Source: Bacilli bacterium
Lineage (GTDB): Bacteria; Bacillota_I; Bacilli_A; RF39; UBA660
Assembly (NCBI GenBank): GCA_017428485.1
Contig: JAFRQT010000011.1
Location: 7,301 to 71,300 of the forward strand
Direction of reading: 5' to 3'
Length of the DNA: 64,000 nt
Made by a program: the position numbers and the translations under genes. Shown here piece by piece: positions 1-9,556 of this stretch. Position 1 is the stretch's first letter. Each line of letters opens with the position of its first letter. Below the pieces are notes generated by a model. That model was not told the DNA's origin. It saw only the letters and a program-made list of their open reading frames with translations, and did not search any database.

Positions 1-1
1 T

Positions 2-1897
2 GAATATGAAGTTGACTTATCTGCATCTAAGTATTCAACTCTTGGTACTACTGAGTTGTCACTAAGAGACTTTACTGAACCAAATACAAGTTTTCAAATT
101 CTTGGATTTGATTATAGTGAATTAGCTAGTGGAATTCAATTAGTTGAAAAAACAAGTATTAACAAAATTGCTAATACAACTAATGATGCAGATACCATTA
201 TGGGTCTTTCAATGGAAACAAGTAACTCTGGTTGGTTAACTAACGGTTATACATCATTCTTATCAAGAGCAAATAATAATATAATTGGTACTCGTGAGTA
301 TGTTGGTGGTAATAGTACATCGACACCAACCGTATTGTTCTACTTACACCACTCTAAGAATATTGGTACTTCTGGAGATATGGGTAGAGTTAGAATTCAA
401 TTGATGTCAGTAAGACAAATCGATGCCTTAACTAAAGAAACAAAGAGATTAATTGTTACTGTTAACTTAACACGTACATTATTCGATACGGTAAATTATG
501 AAGGAGCTTTAACACCAGGTAGAAAATATGATTTATTTACATCAACAACTGCTAACATTACTTCATCATCTGCTATAAGCACATATTATTCACTATTTAA
601 TTCTGGATCTACAATATATAGAACAGGATATTATAGAACATTGGTATCAAATTATGTTTTACCATTAAATACTAAAATTACTATGATAGACTTAAGTAAA
701 AATACACCTGAGTATTATTATCATATAATAACGCAATCAGATGTAAATGCCGCAACAACTGAATTGAGCACTAATAATGAGGTTACATATAACTTCTCAA
801 TGTTTGAAGTTATGGGAGCTATTAATAGTGGTGTTTACTATAGTGATGCTTCTAAAAATAGTGAATATTGTACTACAAATAATTATTGCAATGAAGACTT
901 CATATTTATAATTGATTTTGGTGATACGAATATAACATCTGATGCCCTTAATAATGAATTATTAATAGAAATAAGAAATGCTACAAATGACACAATTTAT
1001 AGTGTTTTAGCACCACAACATTTGGATTTGGTGTATAATATTTATGCTAACAAGGATGCAGTAATAGATATAGATGGTGAACTAGATAAGGATAAAATAT
1101 ATGCTGGTGAATCATTTACAGCAGATTTAAACATTGAATATACACAATCTACTGTTGGTTCTGCAACAATATATGATACACATTACTTTGATTCTAAATT
1201 AGGTATTAAGATATCATTAATTAATGAAGATGGTAATGTTGTTCCTGGAATTACTCTACTTGGTCTATACTACACTATTGGTGAAGATAGATATTATCCA
1301 AATATAGATGGAACTACAAGAGTTAAGATTGCAGATAAAGTTGATAGTGCTGAAAAATGGATAATTGTTAATACAGGAACATCTAGTCTTGCAAGTGGAG
1401 ATTACAAACTAAGAGTTGAGACATTTGGTTCTCCTGATGGCATTTATTACGGATTAAATTCTTCTGATTATATTGATTTTGATATTGAGATTGTAAATGA
1501 AATCTATGGTTTAAATATTGAAACATCAGCTGAGGAAATGATGATAGATGCAGAAACAGGATTAAATACAAATGGCGTAAATACTATAGTATATAATGTA
1601 AGATATAATTCCGGTCTTACAAATCCAAAAATTAATTTCAAAATGTATAGAAGAAATTATGATGAGGTATATGACACAACATATACATTAGTAGATGCAC
1701 TAGATTATTTTGATACTGTGTTGTTCCAAGGATATGATACAAATGAATATGTATTCTTAAGTGATCCAACGGATAACGCACAAGTAACATTTACATTAAA
1801 AGATAACTTATTAACAGGAACTTATAAAATAGAATTTATTCTTTATGGAGATACCTCAGTAATAGGTACTTTAGAAAGATATATTATTATAAAATAG
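2..1897 (+). CDS. C-terminal part of a large beta-rich, Thr/Asn/Tyr-rich extracellular-type protein (5' end outside window)
   Basis: Frame is open from base 2 (EYEVDLSASKYSTLGTTE) into the 613-aa ORF; composition is typical of surface Ig-like proteins; lies in the SipW cluster. Confidence 0.7.
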   Translation, partial: EYEVDLSASKYSTLGTTELSLRDFTEPNTSFQILGFDYSELASGIQLVEKTSINKIANTTNDADTIMGLSMETSNSGWLTNGYTSFLSRANNNIIGTREYVGGNSTSTPTVLFYLHHSKNIGTSGDMGRVRIQLMSVRQIDALTKETKRLIVTVNLTRTLFDTVNYEGALTPGRKYDLFTSTTANITSSSAISTYYSLFNSGSTIYRTGYYRTLVSNYVLPLNTKITMIDLSKNTPEYYYHIITQSDVNAATTELSTNNEVTYNFSMFEVMGAINSGVYYSDASKNSEYCTTNNYCNEDFIFIIDFGDTNITSDALNNELLIEIRNATNDTIYSVLAPQHLDLVYNIYANKDAVIDIDGELDKDKIYAGESFTADLNIEYTQSTVGSATIYDTHYFDSKLGIKISLINEDGNVVPGITLLGLYYTIGEDRYYPNIDGTTRVKIADKVDSAEKWIIVNTGTSSLASGDYKLRVETFGSPDGIYYGLNSSDYIDFDIEIVNEIYGLNIETSAEEMMIDAETGLNTNGVNTIVYNVRYNSGLTNPKINFKMYRRNYDEVYDTTYTLVDALDYFDTVLFQGYDTNEYVFLSDPTDNAQVTFTLKDNLLTGTYKIEFILYGDTSVIGTLERYIIIK

Positions 1898-1907
1898 GGA
1901 GGAATTT

Positions 1908-2009
1908 ATGAGCGAATTAAATAACAAAGATTTATTGGAACTTTATAAAATATTAAAGAATTTTGTAGAGAATTTAAGTCAAAAATTGGAGGACATTAAA
2001 AATGATTGA
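1908..2009 (+). CDS. 33-aa small protein MSELNNKDLLELYKILKNFVENLSQKLEDIKND
   Basis: GGAGGA RBS before ATG 1908; 3' end overlaps the ATG (2002) of the next gene; not in the ORF track. Confidence 0.6.
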   Translation: MSELNNKDLLELYKILKNFVENLSQKLEDIKND

Positions 2010-3513
2010 GAAGGTAAATGAAGAAATTGAAAAAATTAAATCTAACATAGATATCCTTCCTACAAATAATAAGAAGAATATTGAAAAATATACTGAATAT
2101 GTTACGAAATGTTTTGAAGAATGCCAAGCAAAATTAAAAGAATGTGAAAATGAAATTATTAGAAGAAAAGATAACATATCTAGCATGTATGAAAGCACTT
2201 TATTAAAATTAGACGAAATAAATCTTGATTATGATACATTAAAATTGTCAGATGTAAGATGTTCTTCAAATGAAAAAATGAATTTAAATTATTTATTATA
2301 CAAATTAAATAATTCAAGTGCTGAAGGATTAAGTACTATAAATGAAGTGATACAAGAAATATTTGATAGCTTTAAAACAGTAGGCATAATTCTAACTGAA
2401 AAAGATTTTAATCATACTGAAAGTGTTAATTTATATATAAGTACTTTATTGAATTCTAAAGAAGAAATTCAAAATATATTTAATGAAATATATTTTAAAG
2501 AACCAAATATTATTAAGCAGATATCTTTAAATGTATGGTATTTATATTATAAAAATAAATCTAAAATTGATGCATACTATAAAGAAAAATATGCTAAATT
2601 TGATTTCCATAATTATATAGCACTATATAGAGCAAAGCTAGATGATATTGAAAATATTAAGCATACAAACAAAAAATACATATATGATTTATTTATCAAT
2701 AGTGTTTTAGATATAGATGAGTATGCTGATGAAAACAAAATGAATATTTTGGTAAATAGTTTAGTAGCAAATATTGAAAATGTAAGGAATTATGGTAATT
2801 TAGTTAATTATAAAAAATCATTAATTGAATATAAAGGATATTCAAAATATCAATTTATAATTACTGATTTTAAAGAATTATTTAGCCATAAAGAAGAATA
2901 TAAAGACCTATTTAATAATAAGTTAAAAGAAATATCTAAAGAAGAGAAAAACCTGTTTTCAATTAATAAAAAGATTAATAAAAAAGGTCTATTTAAACTT
3001 AATAGAGAAAAACTTGCTAATGCTAAACTTGATAGAGAAAAAATAATAGCTAACCTTTTAAATTTGTATAAGGAATTAGATGAACTTGCAATTAAAGATG
3101 TAATTAAAAATTATTTCACTAATGAAACTAATTATTATGATGTTTTAAAATTAACTACATATAATTTTAATTATTTTATTAGCTTATTAGAAAAACAAGA
3201 AGTAGAGATAAATATTAAATCAATAGATGATAATATACATGAATTACAAAAATATATTTATGACAGAAACGTTGATGTAATTGACAACATTGGTTTATTA
3301 GAGGAAAAAGATGTTTTAGAAATGATTACTCAAAAATATAAATTGAATGGTATTATTGTCGATGAAGAAAAAATAAGTGGTGATCAAGTAGATAAGGTTA
3401 TTGAAAGTATAGATAAATTATTAATATATTATGACATAATTAATCTTGGGATTAATTTAAAAGATATAAAATTTGTTATTGATTCTAGCAAAGAATTGAC
3501 TAAAAATGGGTAA
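2002..3513 (+). CDS. hypothetical helical/coiled-coil protein (503 aa)
   Basis: Long ORF with GGAGG RBS; K/E-rich; no recognised motif. Confidence 0.75.
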   Translation: MIEKVNEEIEKIKSNIDILPTNNKKNIEKYTEYVTKCFEECQAKLKECENEIIRRKDNISSMYESTLLKLDEINLDYDTLKLSDVRCSSNEKMNLNYLLYKLNNSSAEGLSTINEVIQEIFDSFKTVGIILTEKDFNHTESVNLYISTLLNSKEEIQNIFNEIYFKEPNIIKQISLNVWYLYYKNKSKIDAYYKEKYAKFDFHNYIALYRAKLDDIENIKHTNKKYIYDLFINSVLDIDEYADENKMNILVNSLVANIENVRNYGNLVNYKKSLIEYKGYSKYQFIITDFKELFSHKEEYKDLFNNKLKEISKEEKNLFSINKKINKKGLFKLNREKLANAKLDREKIIANLLNLYKELDELAIKDVIKNYFTNETNYYDVLKLTTYNFNYFISLLEKQEVEINIKSIDDNIHELQKYIYDRNVDVIDNIGLLEEKDVLEMITQKYKLNGIIVDEEKISGDQVDKVIESIDKLLIYYDIINLGINLKDIKFVIDSSKELTKNG

Positions 3514-3524
3514 AATATTATAAT
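3496..3524 (+). promoter_or_regulatory. sigmaA promoter
   Basis: TTGACT-17 nt-TATAAT upstream of 3548. Confidence 0.7.
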
Positions 3525-3547
3525 TAAATATAGTAGGGAGATGTAAA

Positions 3548-4081
3548 ATGAAGATAATTGGTAATGTGATAAAATGGGTGTTGATTAGTATTTGGGTTGT
3601 AGTTGCAATAATAACAACGATACTATTGCTTTCCTATAACAGATATAGTGTTAGCGAAATTGGTGATTATTCAATATTTATAGTTGATAACGAAAGATTG
3701 GAACCTGATTATTTAAAAAATGATATTGTTGTAGCAAAAAAAGTAGCTGAGAGCAAATATAGTGTAGGAGAATTCGCATTTTTCTATATTGATAATCCAG
3801 AAGATGCAGTATTTATTAATTATGGAAAAATAAATAAAATTGATTCAGTTGATCATGCTGAAGATGCATATTATTTTGGAGATGATTCAGTATCATATAA
3901 TAAATTAATTGGCCCTGCAAAAGACGCTAAAATATATCATAAATGGGGATTAGTTTTATCGATATTAGAATCAAAATGGGGATTTATGTTTTTCATCATA
4001 TTCCCAACAATATTTGCAGTTGTTTATGAGGTTTATTCAATTATAGAAGAAGTTAAATCTAGTAAAGATGAAGAAGAGTAG
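3548..4081 (+). CDS. degenerate SipW-like (S26) membrane protein lacking catalytic Ser/His
   Basis: Same TM-domain-TM layout as the SipW paralogues; IVDNERLEPDYLKNDIVV replaces VxxGSMEPxxxxxDLIIV, and INYGKI replaces ITHRI. Confidence 0.6.
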   Translation: MKIIGNVIKWVLISIWVVVAIITTILLLSYNRYSVSEIGDYSIFIVDNERLEPDYLKNDIVVAKKVAESKYSVGEFAFFYIDNPEDAVFINYGKINKIDSVDHAEDAYYFGDDSVSYNKLIGPAKDAKIYHKWGLVLSILESKWGFMFFIIFPTIFAVVYEVYSIIEEVKSSKDEEE

Positions 4082-4709
4082 AATTAAAATATTATTATGG
4101 ATAGGTGTATTAGCTTTATTTGCAATGACTGCTATAATATTTAAAAACACATATGCTTTATTTGAGACAGATGCATATGGTATTGCAAATAATGATATAG
4201 GAAGATGGATAATAAAATTAAGCAATCAGCTAATAACATCTGGTTTAGATGAAGATATAACTATAAGCAACTTTGTATATGAAAGTTCTGCTACAGTTGC
4301 TGATGGATATATTGCGCCTGGAACAAGTGCGTATTTTGATTTAATATTTGATGCTACCGACTGCGATGTTGCAGTAAAATATGATATTGAATTTTTAGTA
4401 GATGAAATCGATTATGAAGACAATATCAATGTTAGCGTTGAAGCTTTAAATTCAGGAAGCACAATAAGAACAGATGTTAACACATATTCTGGAATAGTTA
4501 GTTTAGCTTCAATACAAAATGATGAAGTTATAACCATAAGAGTAACATTAAATTGGGATGATGATGGAAATCATGATGAATCAGATACTGAATTAGGAAT
4601 GGTTGAAAATAACCAATTGGCTATTCCTATTAATGTGCATGCTGTTCAATATTTGGGAGAAACTTTAGTTGAATACCAAGATCCAAATGAAGGTAATGAA
4701 GGAAATTAA
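4068..4709 (+). CDS. SipW-class signal peptide protein (TasA/camelysin-like)
   Basis: Basic N-terminus, TM helix, KNTYA|LFET cleavage-type motif, IAPGT motif. Confidence 0.7.
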   Translation: MKKSRIKILLWIGVLALFAMTAIIFKNTYALFETDAYGIANNDIGRWIIKLSNQLITSGLDEDITISNFVYESSATVADGYIAPGTSAYFDLIFDATDCDVAVKYDIEFLVDEIDYEDNINVSVEALNSGSTIRTDVNTYSGIVSLASIQNDEVITIRVTLNWDDDGNHDESDTELGMVENNQLAIPINVHAVQYLGETLVEYQDPNEGNEGN

Positions 4710-4769
4710 AAATGGGGTGTAGTTAAAATAATAAAGAAAGTTGTTAAAACTATTGTTGATATTTTAACT

Positions 4770-5468
4770 TTGCTAGTGTTTTTAGTACTAGTATTAATAA
4801 TAATTGGTAAAGTTAGAATGATGCTAAAAGGAGAGGATTATTTCGAATTATTTGGATACTCTGTTTTTAGCGTGGCAACCGGAAGTATGGAACCAACTAT
4901 TAGTCAAAATGATTTAATAATTGTAAAAGATAGTAATAATTATAATGTTGGAGATATTGTTACATTTAAAAATGAAAAATCATATATCACGCATAGAATT
5001 GTAACTGTAAATACTAATAGTTATGTTACTAAAGGAGATGCTAACAATGCTAAAGATGTGGCGATAACTAAGGATAAAATAATTGGAAAAGTTATTAAAA
5101 TATCTTCAAAAGCGGGTATTTGGCATAAAGTATTAACTACTCCAACAATATTAATAATGATTTTTACAACATTAATATTATTTGACTTTGCATTTTCTTA
5201 TAAGGGATATAAAGAAAAGAAAAATATTAAGATAATAAATAAAATACAGAATATTCCTTTAGAAGAAATTAATAAAGAAAAAGATAGTCCAAAAATGACT
5301 AATGATGAAATAAATGAATTGTATAAGAAAACTGACAAAGTAATCAATGGTGAAAAAGTCACTTTTGACAAAAAGGAACAGGAGTTCTTAAATTATACTG
5401 TAAGATTAGATTTAGATGAGTTAATGAAAAGAATTGATAATAATATGAATGGAGATAATAATGTTTAG
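4770..5468 (+). CDS. sipW: signal peptidase I, SipW type
   Basis: VATGSMEP, ITHRIV, VTKGDANNAKD motifs; true start is probably slightly upstream. Confidence 0.85.
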   Translation: MLVFLVLVLIIIGKVRMMLKGEDYFELFGYSVFSVATGSMEPTISQNDLIIVKDSNNYNVGDIVTFKNEKSYITHRIVTVNTNSYVTKGDANNAKDVAITKDKIIGKVIKISSKAGIWHKVLTTPTILIMIFTTLILFDFAFSYKGYKEKKNIKIINKIQNIPLEEINKEKDSPKMTNDEINELYKKTDKVINGEKVTFDKKEQEFLNYTVRLDLDELMKRIDNNMNGDNNV

Positions 5469-6060
5469 TGATTTCTTTAAAGCATTTGATAAAAAGAAAT
5501 TTCTATTAGTAACTAAACTAATATTTGTTTTTGTATCGCTAGTTTTAATAGTTAATATAGCTGGAAGAACATATACAAGATATGAATCGGATGTTGATGT
5601 AAGTGCCAATGCAAATGTTGCATTCTTCGTTATAGATCAAGGATTATATGAAAATCAAATATATATTGATGGATTGGAACCTAGTAGTGCACCTAAGTAT
5701 TATAGATTTTATGTTACTAATAAGAAAAATAATAAAAGGGCAGATGTTGATTTAGAATATACTATTAAGTTTGAAACGACTACTAATCTCCCATTACAGT
5801 ATGAAATAATAAGAAATCAGTCCTTTGAAGGAGCACACACAAATATAATTTCAAATACACTTTTGAGGCAAGATGATAATGATGTATATTACAAAGTTTA
5901 TAATTGCGATGATGTTAGAACTTTTAGTCATTTGAGAGATGAAACAGATGAATATACATTGAAAGTTGTTTTCCCTTTAGAAAACAAAAATAAGCCAGAT
6001 TCTTACCAAGGGGTTATTGAGATGTTTTCCATTATTATAAACGCATCCCAAGTTGCATAA
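5461..6060 (+). CDS. SipW-class signal peptide protein
   Basis: TM followed by GRTYT|RYES; LEP motif; GGAG RBS before ATG 5461. Confidence 0.65.
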   Translation: MFSDFFKAFDKKKFLLVTKLIFVFVSLVLIVNIAGRTYTRYESDVDVSANANVAFFVIDQGLYENQIYIDGLEPSSAPKYYRFYVTNKKNNKRADVDLEYTIKFETTTNLPLQYEIIRNQSFEGAHTNIISNTLLRQDDNDVYYKVYNCDDVRTFSHLRDETDEYTLKVVFPLENKNKPDSYQGVIEMFSIIINASQVA

Positions 6061-6081
6061 CCTCTTTTTATATGGTATAAT
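6053..6081 (+). promoter_or_regulatory. sigmaA promoter (extended -10)
   Basis: TTGCAT-17 nt-TATAAT with TG upstream of the -10. Confidence 0.6.
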
Positions 6082-6101
6082 TTTTAATATGGAGAATAGC
6101 G

Positions 6102-7004
6102 ATGAAGAGACGTAAAATATTGATAATATTAATAATGATTATACTATTACTTCCATTAGGAATTACATTTAGTAGATATGTAACTGAAAATATAAAAAAT
6201 TATTTAATGGAAGCAAATAATTTCTTTTTTAATAGCGATAAATTAGTCTCTGGCGGTATTACCTATGGAATTAATAACTGGGGTGGTGCGAGTAACATTG
6301 AAATACAGTTTGAACTTAATAACCATAAGAATAATATATTAACAAGTGATGCTGATATTTCATATACACTTACTACTACTTGTGATAACACTTTAATTCT
6401 TTGTAACTTAAATTCTAATAGTGGAGTTATTCAAGTGGCAGAAAAAACAGATAACTTTACTTTAACAATCATTCCTGTTCGTGCTTTTGCTGATAATGAG
6501 TCTATCACGGCAACAGTGACTGCCTCATCTAGTAGTCCTTATGAGAAAACATTAAGTGCAACTTTTGTTGTTACAGTAGGTCGAAGAGGAGTTGATTACC
6601 AAATAACTGATAGTGTTGGTTCTCCATATTTAATTTTTACTGTTACAAATGCATTAGACACATATAAAGTAATAACTCCATTTGGAGATTATACTGCCGG
6701 ACATTTATTAACGATTGATGAATATTTAGCATTGTCAAGCGCTGATAAAGCTAAATGTGCGTCAGTTGTAATAACATTATCATTTGATCCTAGTGTGATT
6801 ATCATTGATACAACAAGTGATATAGTTGCTTCGTCCACAACACAGACGACCGCATATCAGGGAGTAAACTATATAAGCAGTATAACATTCCCAATGGATA
6901 TGATGATGAGCCAAGAAGTAAGATTTTATAAAAGAAATAGTAGTATAGATTATACATACCCGATTGTTAATAACACACCTGTAATATCATTTACTGCTAG
7001 TTAG
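6102..7004 (+). CDS. SipW-class signal peptide protein (300 aa)
   Basis: MKRRK, TM, GITFS|RYVT motif; Thr/Ser-rich beta mature region. Confidence 0.65.
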   Translation: MKRRKILIILIMIILLLPLGITFSRYVTENIKNYLMEANNFFFNSDKLVSGGITYGINNWGGASNIEIQFELNNHKNNILTSDADISYTLTTTCDNTLILCNLNSNSGVIQVAEKTDNFTLTIIPVRAFADNESITATVTASSSSPYEKTLSATFVVTVGRRGVDYQITDSVGSPYLIFTVTNALDTYKVITPFGDYTAGHLLTIDEYLALSSADKAKCASVVITLSFDPSVIIIDTTSDIVASSTTQTTAYQGVNYISSITFPMDMMMSQEVRFYKRNSSIDYTYPIVNNTPVISFTAS

Positions 7005-7012
7005 GAGGAAAA

Positions 7013-7990
7013 ATGAATTGTATTTTTGATGATTATATGAAATTTATTGATAATTTTCTTTCTAGCTATTTTAGAATTTTACTAGCCAATAAATATGAAA
7101 GAAGTTTAGTAAGGCCTTTTATAGATAAATACATTAGTATTAGGTATTATAATGAATTTGTAATAAAAGAAAATAAATTTACTGAAAGATTAAACAAAGA
7201 ATTAAATAGCATTGCTAAAGAGATGATTAAAGAAAATGAGGATAAGGCAGAGAAAATTAAAAATATTTTTGCATTATTTAGTTATGTTTTGTTCATAGAA
7301 AAATGTGAAACGCCAAATGAACTAAATTCTTTAATTAAAACATTATTTAGTGATACTACAATTACGTTAGTATATAACATAACTGCTAAAGAAGAATTAA
7401 CAGCTTTATTGAGAAATTTTTTAAGCAAGAAACAAGAATTATCTAAGATATTTACTTCAAATGAATTTAGTTTAAATGAAAAAAAATATCAAGGATATAT
7501 AAGTATGGTAACATTAGATCAAAATTGTAATTTATCTAAATTATATAGTGAATATGCTATAGAAAAGGCTTATAATTCTGAAATGGTGAATGAGAATAAA
7601 TTATATTTATCATTACTTTTGATATCTTATAGGGTAATAGATGATATAACTAAATTAAATTTTAAAAATGAATATGTTGTAGATTTCCCAACATCATTGT
7701 TCGGAAAGCAAAAGAAAATACTTAAATATTTAAGAGTACTTGACAATGAGTTTTTAAAATCCAAGGTTAATTTGAAACTGAAATATAAAGAATATAAAGA
7801 AAACAAGAAGACTGTTAATAAATTAATTAATGAAGGATTTAGCATTTGTGTTGAACTAGATGAGAGTTACGATATGGATTTTGATAATTTATTATTATTT
7901 AGTTATATTTTTGTTAACAAAAATGCTAAATATTATGATATTATTATAAATAGTAGAGAGGATATAGGAACAGAAATAGTTGTATTGTGA
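7013..7990 (+). CDS. hypothetical protein, possible degenerate EAL-like C-terminal domain
   Basis: AGGAGG RBS; KLINEGFSICVELDES...LLLFSYIFVNK resembles the EAL LxxxGxxIAIDDFG...DYIKID segment without the catalytic residues. Confidence 0.5.
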   Translation: MNCIFDDYMKFIDNFLSSYFRILLANKYERSLVRPFIDKYISIRYYNEFVIKENKFTERLNKELNSIAKEMIKENEDKAEKIKNIFALFSYVLFIEKCETPNELNSLIKTLFSDTTITLVYNITAKEELTALLRNFLSKKQELSKIFTSNEFSLNEKKYQGYISMVTLDQNCNLSKLYSEYAIEKAYNSEMVNENKLYLSLLLISYRVIDDITKLNFKNEYVVDFPTSLFGKQKKILKYLRVLDNEFLKSKVNLKLKYKEYKENKKTVNKLINEGFSICVELDESYDMDFDNLLLFSYIFVNKNAKYYDIIINSREDIGTEIVVL

Positions 7991-7998
7991 GGTGAAAG

Positions 7999-9537
7999 AT
8001 GAAAACTTTTATAAAATATTTTTATGAAATACTATCACAATTCTTTTCGGGATTTATATCAATATTTAAAGGGATAATAAACGGAATAAAGAAGATTTTT
8101 GATATAGGGGCATATATTAAGATAGCATCAAATTATAAAAATGATTTTAATATTGGTGAGTGGGTATTATTTGGTATATCAGTATTAATATTATTAATAT
8201 TTGTTGGTTTAGTAGTGCTACTAGTAGTATTTATTATAAGAAAGTATATAAGATTTAGAAAAACAATTGTTGAACAAGAGTCAATGTTAGATGAAATATC
8301 TGATTTGAATGGTAGAGTAGCGACACTTCTTAAAGAAAAAGAAGATATTTTAGCTATGAAAGTTTCTCAAATTGGTCTAAAACCTAATGAAAGTGCTACC
8401 TTAGAAAAAATCGAGGGTGAGGAGAACAAGCCAGAGGAAGAATTGGATACAAATACATCTATCAGATTTGCTAAATTGCATGATGTTGACTTAAAATATG
8501 CTGATTATAAGATTCCTAATTATGGTAATAACTTTAATTTACAAGAATTGGTTGAATTGTTTAGAAACTTCGCAGCTGGCAAGTTAAAATTGTACTATAA
8601 AACAGAAATGATAAGATTATTTATATCAGCTTTAGCAAGTACAAAGCTTGTAATTTTACAAGGTATATCTGGTACCGGTAAAACATCACTTGCTTATGCT
8701 TGGGGAAAATTTTTAAAACATGACTCATGTGTTGCTTCCGTACAACCATCTTGGCGTGATAGATCAGAACTTTTTGGATATTTTAATGAATTTACAAAGA
8801 AATTTAATGAAACAGATATATTAAAAGAATTATATGAAGCAGGATATACAGATGATATACATACAGTAATCCTAGATGAAATGAATATATCTCGTGTCGA
8901 ATATTATTTCGCCGAGATGCTATCTATTCTAGAAATGCCTAATCAAGATGAATGGATAGTTGAAGTAGTTTCATCTGGATGGGCAAGTGACCCTATTCAT
9001 TTAAAAAATGGTAAATTAAAAATACCACCTAACTGTTGGTATATTGGTACAATCAATAACGATGACTCTACATTTATGGTTACTGATAAAGTGTACGACC
9101 GTGCTATGCCTATAGATATTAATGATAAAGGTCAAGTTTTTGAACCTGAGGATGTACCTGCTCAAGATATTAATTACTCATATGTAAATCAATTGTTTAA
9201 AGATGCAATTGCTAGCAATGAAATGAGTGAAACAGTATTAAACAAAATTGAAGAAATGGATGATTATGTTATCAAACATTTTAGAATTGCTTTCGGTAAC
9301 AGAATTGTTGCCCATATGAAAAAATTTGTTCCAGTTTATATTGCCTGTGGTGGGGATGAAGTAGACGGAGTAGACTATTTCATAGCAAGAAAAATACTTC
9401 GTAAATTTGAACAATTAAATATCTCATTGATTCGTGATGAAATCGATGGATTTGTTGAATTCTTGAATAAAACATTTGGTGAAAATAAAATGAAAGAATG
9501 TATAGAATATGTGTTAAGGCTTAAGAAGATGTCTTAA
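7999..9537 (+). CDS. membrane-anchored McrB-like AAA+ NTPase
   Basis: N-terminal TM (WVLFGISVLILLIFVGLVVLLVVFII) plus coiled coil; Walker A GISGTGKT, VQPSW..LFGYFN, Walker B ILDEMN, GTINNDD (NxxD), KVYDRA. Confidence 0.8.
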   Translation: MKTFIKYFYEILSQFFSGFISIFKGIINGIKKIFDIGAYIKIASNYKNDFNIGEWVLFGISVLILLIFVGLVVLLVVFIIRKYIRFRKTIVEQESMLDEISDLNGRVATLLKEKEDILAMKVSQIGLKPNESATLEKIEGEENKPEEELDTNTSIRFAKLHDVDLKYADYKIPNYGNNFNLQELVELFRNFAAGKLKLYYKTEMIRLFISALASTKLVILQGISGTGKTSLAYAWGKFLKHDSCVASVQPSWRDRSELFGYFNEFTKKFNETDILKELYEAGYTDDIHTVILDEMNISRVEYYFAEMLSILEMPNQDEWIVEVVSSGWASDPIHLKNGKLKIPPNCWYIGTINNDDSTFMVTDKVYDRAMPIDINDKGQVFEPEDVPAQDINYSYVNQLFKDAIASNEMSETVLNKIEEMDDYVIKHFRIAFGNRIVAHMKKFVPVYIACGGDEVDGVDYFIARKILRKFEQLNISLIRDEIDGFVEFLNKTFGENKMKECIEYVLRLKKMS

Positions 9538-9556
9538 TAAATAGAAAGGGTTAATA

